Shown one piece after another: positions 1 through 5,043 of a DNA stretch of 5,313 nucleotides. The position numbers and the translations under genes are program-made. Under the pieces are notes generated by a model, which was given only the letters and a program-made list of their open reading frames with translations, did no database searches and was not told the DNA's origin. Every line of letters begins with the position of its first letter. Within the stretch, counting starts at the first letter, position 1. The stretch is from an archaeon. GTDB taxonomy: Archaea > Iainarchaeota > Iainarchaeia > Iainarchaeales > CSSED10-239. The stretch lies in contig JBAWVI010000066.1 in NCBI GenBank assembly GCA_037147375.1, forward strand, positions 1-5,313. Direction: 5' to 3'.

Positions 1-75
1 TAATAACTATTAGGTATGAAATAATATATAAATGTTATTATTTAACTTATTTTCTATCTTTTTATGAGTATAAGT

Positions 76-321
76 TCATCCTCCAATTGCATTTGTATTT
101 TGTATCCATTTTTGAGGAGATAATACAAATGAATTAATTCCTGCTTGATTTCTAAACCCCTCGAATTCGATGGGATTAAAATCAGGATTATTTATTTTTG
201 CCCAAAGTCCAATAAATTCTATCGTACTTCTAGTTCTTAACCAATTTTTGATTATATCTTTAGGTTCATCTTTGTTTTTGTATCTTGCAATATCTGTTAT
301 TAGAGGTCGAATTTGCCTCAT
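76..321 (-). pseudogene. KilA-N domain protein fragment (81-aa ORF). Probably a truncated remnant of a longer (~270 aa) KilA-N/antirepressor-like gene.
   Basis: The translation LITDIARYKNKDEPKDIIKNWLRTRSTIEFIGLWAKINNPDFNPIEFEGFRNQAGINSFVLSPQKWIQNTNAIG matches the conserved core of bacterial KilA-N domain proteins as I recall them (..SLTDIARYK.., NW.R.RSTIEF.G.WE.LNNP.F...EF.GFK..AG.NSF.L....WIE.TNAIG). The ORF lacks the first ~20 residues of the family. It stops at a TGA (76-78) where full-length homologs continue for about 170 more residues. Reading through the TGA gives TYTHKK, which resembles the family GGTYAHKD block, and then a TAA at 10-12. Confidence 0.6.
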
Positions 322-333
322 TTACGATTAATA

Positions 334-1017
334 TTATTTATTTTTTGATGTACTTGCAAGTTTTTTTTCGTTTTTCTTTATTCTTGTACTTACTTTTTTT
401 ATATCTTCTTCAGGAGGTAAGTTTTCTGGGGTAATATTATTCTTGCCTAAAACAGTTCTCATTTCTTTATTATTTTTTACATGTTCATCTGTTATCTTTA
501 CTTCCCCTTGTAAATCATTTTGTTTTACGTTATAATTTGTAATTTCAGTTGCAAAATTCTTTGCTGCAATTGTTACTGTTGGAAGAAAATCAGAAAGCGA
601 TCTATTTTGTGGTATTTGTAATTTTGTTTTCATATCTTTTGTTGTGAATCCACCAAATAAGGCCTCATCTCCCTTGCTTCTTATTCTTGCAAATCCTTTA
701 TCATCAACTCCACGTTCATAAATTAGTTTTGATAGTTCTGTTTCAGATGCAATTAATTTATTTCTTGCATTAAATCTTTCTTGCAAAGCAATTCTTTGTT
801 CAATTAGTTCTTGCTTTCTTGTTTGAATTGCAAAATAGCTTTGAGCGAAAGCTATTTGTTCTTTTCTTGAATCTCCGTTCTGAGCAATTAAGTAACAAGC
901 ATATCTTGTAAGTACTATATCATCTATCTCTTTAGTTGCACCTTTAGGCATATTTATCGTTTTGCTGACGTCGGCAAAATGATCAGCAATAACATAACCT
1001 GAATTTTTACAAGACAT
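334..1017 (-). CDS. dinD: DNA-damage-inducible protein D (DinD)-like protein. The N-terminal ~35-45 residues of the family (Bro-N-like part) are absent and the 5' end may be frameshifted.
   Basis: The 227-aa ORF ends in TAA. SCKNSGYVIADHF...IDDIVLTRYACYLIAQNGDSRKEQIAFAQSYFAIQTRKQE aligns with E. coli DinD (ACENSGHTIDDHF...[40 protein letters not shown], from memory). The C-terminal LPPEEDIKKV resembles the DinD LPTPQVSIKQL tail. Homology continues upstream of the annotated Met (FVNVIDKAK vs FIPVLTRAK) up to an in-frame TGA at 1057-1059. Confidence 0.8.
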   Translation of the reverse strand: MSCKNSGYVIADHFADVSKTINMPKGATKEIDDIVLTRYACYLIAQNGDSRKEQIAFAQSYFAIQTRKQELIEQRIALQERFNARNKLIASETELSKLIYERGVDDKGFARIRSKGDEALFGGFTTKDMKTKLQIPQNRSLSDFLPTVTIAAKNFATEITNYNVKQNDLQGEVKITDEHVKNNKEMRTVLGKNNITPENLPPEEDIKKVSTRIKKNEKKLASTSKNK

Positions 1018-1082
1018 CTTTGCTTTATCAATTACATTTACAAAATTATCCTTTTTTCATAATAACTCCTTCCTACTAATAT

Positions 1083-1099
1083 GGTATCCTTACTACTAT
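1083..1099 (+). repeat. Copy 1 of the GGTAT-n3-TACTACTAT direct repeat (candidate operator half).
   Basis: The sequence is ggtatccTTACTACTAT. The 9-mer TACTACTAT spans 1091-1099 and overlaps the minus-strand TATA box at 1097-1104. Confidence 0.5.
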
Positions 1100-1104
1100 T
1101 TAAA
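1097..1104 (-). promoter_or_regulatory. Archaeal-type TATA box (TTTAAATA on the minus strand) for the dinD-like gene.
   Basis: The plus strand reads TATTTAAA, which is TTTAAATA on the minus strand. The predicted start site is near 1074. That gives a short leader containing AGGAG (1066-1070) 5 nt upstream of the ATG at 1060. Confidence 0.35.
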
Positions 1105-1119
1105 CCTTCTGGTTAAGGC

Positions 1120-1136
1120 GGTATTATACTACTATA
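1120..1136 (+). repeat. Copy 2 of the GGTAT-n2-TACTACTAT direct repeat (candidate operator half).
   Basis: The sequence is ggtattaTACTACTATa. The 9-mer spans 1127-1135, which is 36 nt after copy 1 and ~22 nt upstream of the TATA box at 1158. Confidence 0.5.
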
Positions 1137-1157
1137 ATATATAAAATAGCAGATACC

Positions 1158-1165
1158 TTTAAATA
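1158..1165 (+). promoter_or_regulatory. Archaeal-type TATA box (TTTAAATA) for the 1192-2202 gene. It predicts a leaderless or nearly leaderless mRNA.
   Basis: This is an exact TTTAWATA consensus. Its centre is about 30 nt upstream of the ATG at 1192, and no Shine-Dalgarno sequence lies in between. Confidence 0.4.
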
Positions 1166-1191
1166 TGTTTCGGTAGAAGTATTATGTTATT

Positions 1192-2202
1192 ATGAAAATA
1201 AATAATATAACTAAAATTATATTAGACGTTTCAACAAGTCCTAATTCTACAATTGATCAAATTTGTATGAGAACAGAAATTTCTAAACCAGTAATTAAAA
1301 AGATTGTTGAAGATCTAGTAAATGACAGTATCTTAATAGAAAAAAATAATTATTATTCATTATCAACTGTCCTAATTAATAATACACTTATAGAACAAAC
1401 AGATATTTATTTTAATCTAAACATTCCTAAGGATATTAAAGAAAAGATATACACATTATTTAATTTAATTGAAAAGAGTTGGATACAAATAACTGGCAAA
1501 AAACCATCCAAAGTTCAAATGCAAAAAACATTTGTAGAAATAAATAAAGCCTTTAATCTAAATCTACCTACTGGGTGGTATAAATATGGAGAAATAACAC
1601 CAATCTCTTACGAATATTATACAAATTATAATTATTATAATTTTAATTTAATAACTGATATTAAAGATGCAATTAAAATAATTACAAATAATACATTTTT
1701 AACTCCAAAACAAATAAAAGAAAAACAATATAATTCTGGAGAAACAAATTTTCACAAATTATATACACTAAAAGAAGACTTTTTAAAAAATATTTGTGAA
1801 AATAAAATTTCAGATATTCAAAATAGATTTGATGAATTTACGAAATTAAGTTTATATGTTGAAAGTGATATTATTAACCAGTTTCATAGATTTTTAATAT
1901 ATTATAATAGATTAGAAGAATATTCAAAAGATTATAATATAAAAAATTTATTTAGTAAAATATTTAATAAATTTTGGGATATTGTTTCTATCTATAATTA
2001 TAGAACATCTTTAGATGGATACTATAAATCTAATAATTTAGATCTAACTGATCTTAACGTAAAATTATTATTACAAATAAATATTAACAAACAAGAACTT
2101 AATGAGTTATTAGATGAATTCTATGAAAATTTTAAGGTTAGCGATTTTTACAATGATCCAGATACTAAAAGGCTTATTGATAAAGTATTAGCAAGTAAAT
2201 AA
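1192..2202 (+). CDS. Hypothetical protein with an N-terminal winged helix-turn-helix followed by an uncharacterised ~275-aa Asn/Tyr/Lys-rich helical body. It may contain a GepA/SocA (Panacea, DUF4065)-like segment.
   Basis: The 336-aa ORF ends in TAA. Residues 1-58 (NSTIDQICMRTEISKPVIKKIVEDLVNDSILIEKNNYYSLS) follow the helix-turn-helix-wing pattern of MarR/ArsR/TrmB-type wHTH domains. Residues ~105-140 (PSKVQMQKTFVEINKAF..PTGWYKYGEITPISYEYY) resemble the KLQKLLYFAQ....W.YGPV.P.VY signature of GepA/Panacea proteins, but the match is weak. A TTTAAATA box lies about 30 nt upstream of the ATG. Confidence 0.75.
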   Translation: MKINNITKIILDVSTSPNSTIDQICMRTEISKPVIKKIVEDLVNDSILIEKNNYYSLSTVLINNTLIEQTDIYFNLNIPKDIKEKIYTLFNLIEKSWIQITGKKPSKVQMQKTFVEINKAFNLNLPTGWYKYGEITPISYEYYTNYNYYNFNLITDIKDAIKIITNNTFLTPKQIKEKQYNSGETNFHKLYTLKEDFLKNICENKISDIQNRFDEFTKLSLYVESDIINQFHRFLIYYNRLEEYSKDYNIKNLFSKIFNKFWDIVSIYNYRTSLDGYYKSNNLDLTDLNVKLLLQININKQELNELLDEFYENFKVSDFYNDPDTKRLIDKVLASK

Positions 2203-2218
2203 AACCCATATCAACTTA

Positions 2219-2872
2219 TTATTCTTCCCTTATCTTCTCTGCTATCATCTTTGCTAGCTTCTTGTGTGCGCTCTTGTCTAGATGAACGCCTTCACTCTTA
2301 TCTACCTTTACTTTGCTTGTAGGATCTAGATAAAGGATATTCTCTTCTTCTGAGATAATCTTGTAGATGTTTACTAATGCTTTTCCTTTTTCTTCTCCTC
2401 CCTTGAATAGGGTGGAAGCGAATTCTGCTTTCTCGTTTACTATTGGAGGAACTATTAAAAGAATCTTTGGTGATTTAGTGTTATCAAGAACTCTGTGTTG
2501 TTTTATTACTTTTATTAAGCTTCTTATTCCTTCTCCTATTTCTTCTGGGGTTTTGTTTATTAATGGCTTTGTGTCTGTTGTCCCAAGCATTAATATTACA
2601 TAATCTAATGGAAGATGGGTTTCAAGGATGATTGGAAGAATTGTTAATCCATTTCTTTCTGGAAACTCTGGTCTTGGATCATCAAATGATGTTGTTCTTG
2701 CTCCTAGTCCCTCTTCTATTACTTCATATTCTTTTTTTAATTTCTTTTGAAGAAGAGAAGGAAAGCGAATGGATGTATCAAACCTCTGTTTTCCCATACT
2801 TGATGGTACCCAACCCCAGGTGTTTGAATCTCCATAGCATAGAATTCTTTTTGCGTTCTTGTTTGTGTTCAT
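2219..2872 (-). CDS. SGNH/GDSL-family hydrolase, similar to the Mycobacterium smegmatis acyltransferase/perhydrolase MsAcT (arylesterase-like).
   Basis: The 217-aa ORF ends in TAA and is collinear with MsAcT as I recall it over the whole length. Matching blocks: AKRILCYGDSNTWGWVP (block I GDS, Ser16), EVIEEGLGARTT (block II), THLPLDYVILMLGTTDTK (block III), PKILLIVPP, FKGGEEK, and EGVHLD (block V, His197). Confidence 0.9.
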   Translation of the reverse strand: MNTNKNAKRILCYGDSNTWGWVPSSMGKQRFDTSIRFPSLLQKKLKKEYEVIEEGLGARTTSFDDPRPEFPERNGLTILPIILETHLPLDYVILMLGTTDTKPLINKTPEEIGEGIRSLIKVIKQHRVLDNTKSPKILLIVPPIVNEKAEFASTLFKGGEEKGKALVNIYKIISEEENILYLDPTSKVKVDKSEGVHLDKSAHKKLAKMIAEKIREE

Positions 2873-2925
2873 AAATAATTTCCTAATTATTAATTATATT
2901 CTTATAATCTAAATTATGAGGATTA

Positions 2926-2935
2926 TATTTAAATA
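2926..2935. promoter_or_regulatory. Palindromic TATA element TATTTAAATA in the divergent SGNH/GIN intergenic region. It is a candidate shared or bidirectional promoter core.
   Basis: TATTTAAATA reads as TTTAAATA on both strands. It lies ~32-41 nt upstream of the candidate GIN-gene starts (2967-2976) and ~55 nt upstream of the SGNH ATG (2872). An AGGAAA sequence lies 9 nt before that ATG. Confidence 0.3.
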
Positions 2936-2966
2936 GTGTTTGATTAACTAGCTTTATTTAGAAAGA

Positions 2967-3797
2967 GTGATGATTATGGTAAAGAAGATTATTAAAAAAA
3001 ATAAAGGAAAAACTGAAAAGAAGAAAGAACAGAGAAAACATAAAGGACTTGTTGTATCTCTTATCATTATCCTTATCTTCATAATTATACTTATGTTTAT
3101 CTCTTATAACGTTATGCATAATAATAGCTTTAAAGAAACCTTTGGACTGGTTGTTGGTTCTGGAAACGTAATATCTCAAACAAGAGAGATTGGTTATTTT
3201 GATAAAGTTGAACTAAAACAATTTGGAAACGTCTATATTACTCAAGGAGAAACTAATAAACTCATAATAGAAGCTGAAGATAATCTCTTACCTTACTTAT
3301 CAACTGAAGTGGTTGATAATGAACTTGTTATTAATAAGAAAAGAAGTACTCTTGCTTGGATAATTAAAAAGAAACCAATTAATATCTATGTAACTATGAA
3401 AGATGTTAATGAATTAGTTGTTCTTGGTTCAGGAGATATTATTAGTAACTCATTAATAGAAACTGATTCATTAAAACTAAAAATTAGTGGTTCAGGAAAC
3501 ATTAATGTAAACACAAGTACTAATTATCTTGAAACAGGAATAAGCGGTTCTGGTAAAATTCTAGTTAATGGAATTGCAAATACTCATAACCTATATATTT
3601 CTGGATCAGGTAACGTAAATGCATTAAATTTATCAACCATAACAACTAATATAATGATTTCTGGTTCAGGAAACGCAAAAGTTAATGTGATAGATGAACT
3701 AAATATTAAGATATCTGGATCTGGAAACGTACAATACACAGGAGATCCAAAAGTAAGCACTAGTGTTAGTGGTTCTGGATCTGTGAAGAAGATTTAG
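2967..3797 (+). CDS. Membrane-anchored GIN domain (DUF2807, putative adhesin-head-like beta-helix) protein.
   Basis: The 276-aa ORF ends in TAG. It has a Lys-rich N-terminus (KKIIKKNKGKTEKKKEQRKHKG), then one hydrophobic helix (LVVSLIIILIFIIILMFISY, nt ~3045-3107), then a domain with the repeated (I)SGSGN/K/D motif every 18-21 residues that is typical of DUF2807/GIN proteins. The start is ambiguous: GTG 2967, ATG 2970 or ATG 2976. Confidence 0.85.
   Translation: MMIMVKKIIKKNKGKTEKKKEQRKHKGLVVSLIIILIFIIILMFISYNVMHNNSFKETFGLVVGSGNVISQTREIGYFDKVELKQFGNVYITQGETNKLIIEAEDNLLPYLSTEVVDNELVINKKRSTLAWIIKKKPINIYVTMKDVNELVVLGSGDIISNSLIETDSLKLKISGSGNINVNTSTNYLETGISGSGKILVNGIANTHNLYISGSGNVNALNLSTITTNIMISGSGNAKVNVIDELNIKISGSGNVQYTGDPKVSTSVSGSGSVKKI
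3426..3794 (+). repeat. Degenerate in-frame coding repeats (about seven units of 54-63 nt), each opening with (S)GSG(N/D/K/S). These are the beta-helix rungs of the GIN domain.
   Basis: The protein repeat units are LGSGDIIS.., ISGSGNINV.., ISGSGKILV.., ISGSGNVNA.., ISGSGNAKV.., ISGSGNVQY.. and VSGSGSVKK. At the DNA level ggttc(a/t)gg(a/t)aa and ggatc(a/t)gg recur. Confidence 0.7.
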
Positions 3798-3815
3798 TTT
3801 ACTTGAAAGTAGTCT

Positions 3816-3824
3816 GAAAAAGAA
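3816..3824 (-). terminator. Possible oligo-T termination signal immediately after the Fic stop codon.
   Basis: The minus strand reads TAG-TTCTTTTTC. Archaeal RNA polymerase terminates at T-runs. The tract is short and the genome is AT-rich, so this is weak. Confidence 0.2.
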
Positions 3825-5003
3825 CTATTCTCTTTCTTCAAGATTCTTTAAAACTATTAATTTCATTAATATTGAAAATTCTTTATCATTCCTTGTTTTT
3901 GATAACTTAGTTTGCTTCATGTATATATCAAAATATCCTGCTGGTATATTTATTAATGGAAAACCTAATTTTGTTAGAAATACTGAAAAAATTGCTCTTG
4001 AGGTTCTACTATTTCCATCAATAAAAGGATGTATTCTTTGAAATTCATTATGAAGGTAGCTTGCATCTTCAATAATTTTTGAAGGCTTTTGCTTTGTATT
4101 AATAATTTTAATAAGAGAAAGGTTAAACTTAGCTAATAAACTTGAAAGTTCTTTGTAATCAGGAGTTTTAAAATCAGGATTCCCTTTAATTTTAACATTT
4201 TGCTTTCTTATCTCTCCTGCTCCATAAGATAATGAGTTCATTGCAATACTATGAAATCTTAAAATATTTTCTAAAGTTAGATCATTCTCAATAAGATAGC
4301 TAATTGCTTTCTTATAATCTGTAGTTTGTTGAATATCTTTAAATAAAGGAACATTAGGAGAAATATTTTCTTTTAAAAGTTTTTCAGTTTGTGGTAAAGT
4401 TAAGGTTATTCCTTCTAAAGAAAGACTAGTATATACGAATTTTATTTCATCAGATAATATTGGTTTATGCTTTATTTTGAATTTAGAAAATGCTTTTTCT
4501 ATTTTATTATCTATATTAATTGTTTCAAAATTGAATTTACTATTTTTACTTTTGTTTAAAAAATGTTTAATTAATAAGTCTGTAAAATATGATGGAATTA
4601 ATCTTGTTTTTAATGGTTTTTTAGATTCAATATAAATTATTCCTGCTTTTGATAAATGAGAATTATATTTTGTGACTGTTTTATTATCAAATTGATTTGG
4701 ATCTATATATTCTTGATTATATCCTGATAAAATATAATTTGCAACCTTTTCATTAACTAATAAATTATAATCTAAATTGTTTTTAAAACAAAAATATATT
4801 AATGAAAACAATTCTTTTGATTTATTAGTGTTATTAACTGAATAGATATTATTTACATTATTAATAAATCCTTCTTTTTTTAATTGTTTTATATGATTAT
4901 AAACTGATAAATATTTTATGGATGGGAGTTTTTGAATAACCTCTTTTATAGTTAATTTACCATCAATTGCTATTACTAAAAACACATCTAATTTTGTAGG
5001 CAT
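3825..5003 (-). CDS. Fic/DOC family protein (putative AMPylase), class II type with an internal inhibitory motif, fused to N-terminal winged-HTH domain(s).
   Basis: The 392-aa ORF ends in TAG. The Fic active-site motif HPFIDGNSRTSR (aa 325-336, nt 3996-4031) fits HxFx(D/E)GN(G)RxxR with Gly->Ser at the eighth position. The inhibitory-helix motif S-x-x-x-E-G appears as SLSLEG (aa 193-198, nt 4410-4427) in the typical context LSLEGITLTLPQTEKLL. The N-terminal residues 1-57 (LTIKEVIQKLPSIKYLSVYNHIKQLKKEGFINNVNNIYSV) look like a wHTH. Confidence 0.9.
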   Translation of the reverse strand: MPTKLDVFLVIAIDGKLTIKEVIQKLPSIKYLSVYNHIKQLKKEGFINNVNNIYSVNNTNKSKELFSLIYFCFKNNLDYNLLVNEKVANYILSGYNQEYIDPNQFDNKTVTKYNSHLSKAGIIYIESKKPLKTRLIPSYFTDLLIKHFLNKSKNSKFNFETINIDNKIEKAFSKFKIKHKPILSDEIKFVYTSLSLEGITLTLPQTEKLLKENISPNVPLFKDIQQTTDYKKAISYLIENDLTLENILRFHSIAMNSLSYGAGEIRKQNVKIKGNPDFKTPDYKELSSLLAKFNLSLIKIINTKQKPSKIIEDASYLHNEFQRIHPFIDGNSRTSRAIFSVFLTKLGFPLINIPAGYFDIYMKQTKLSKTRNDKEFSILMKLIVLKNLEERE

Positions 5004-5025
5004 ATTTAAGTTATATATAGATTTG

Positions 5026-5033
5026 TTTATAAA
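5026..5033 (-). promoter_or_regulatory. Archaeal-type TATA box (TTTATAAA, palindromic) for the Fic gene. It predicts a leaderless mRNA.
   Basis: Its centre is about 26-27 nt upstream of the ATG at 5003, and no Shine-Dalgarno sequence lies between them. Confidence 0.4.
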
Positions 5034-5043
5034 TACTACTATA
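5033..5043 (+). repeat. Copy 3 of the TACTACTAT motif. It shares the 11-mer ATACTACTATA with copy 2.
   Basis: ATACTACTATA at 5033-5043 is identical to 1126-1136. It directly abuts the Fic TATA box (5026-5033) on its promoter-distal side. Confidence 0.5.

Noticed and set aside
21-32. The 12-mer ATAATATATAAA is shared between 21-32 and 1134-1145. GGTAT also lies near both.
   Set aside because: It is an A/T-only word in a ~27% GC sequence. By my rough estimate, several such 12-mer coincidences are expected per 5-kb window. There is no extended similarity around it.
76-78. TGA as a sense codon (genetic code 4 or 25), which would extend the KilA-N ORF. Gly at this site would even fit the family GGGT block.
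   Set aside because: All Trp codons I checked are TGG (for example NTWGW at ~2810-2830 and NWL in the KilA-N ORF). None of the six intact genes (~1500 codons) contains an in-frame TGA. Read-through adds only ~21 codons before a TAA, still far short of full length. A nonsense mutation in a decaying gene is the simpler explanation.
1046-1060. ATGAAAAAAGG contains the classic A-AAA-AAG slippery heptamer. Could this be programmed frameshifting into the DinD frame?
   Set aside because: Moving from the ATG frame into the DinD frame needs a +1 shift, not the -1 tandem slip that A AAA AAG supports. I see no downstream stimulatory structure. A homopolymer indel (a real one or a sequencing error) is more parsimonious.
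1061-1110. Possible remnant of the missing DinD N-terminal domain in a third frame. PEGLNSSKDTILVGRSYYEK loosely resembles E. coli DinD AEQWSARQLGKLLGYSEYRH.
   Set aside because: Only about 5 of 20 positions match, from a remembered reference sequence. The frame has a TAA immediately upstream and no start codon. The same DNA is better explained as promoter, SD and operator. It is too weak to call.
1103-1114. Small palindrome AACC-TTCT-GGTT, considered as an RNA hairpin, terminator or small RNA.
   Set aside because: The stem is only 4 bp, which is thermodynamically negligible. It lies between two divergent promoters rather than downstream of a gene. It is kept only as part of the operator-like repeat context.
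2367-2874. Plus-strand ORFs 2367-2603 (78 aa) and 2632-2874 (80 aa).
   Set aside because: Both lie entirely antisense to the well-supported SGNH hydrolase gene. Their Leu/Phe/Ser-rich translations are the typical shadow of Lys/Glu-rich codons and show no recognisable motif or promoter.
2958-3179. Minus-strand 73-aa ORF overlapping the 5' end of the GIN-domain gene.
   Set aside because: It is antisense to the Lys-rich/TM-coding part of a supported gene. It is low complexity (FFLLFSFSFIFF), which mirrors the AAG/AAA/GAA-rich sense strand.
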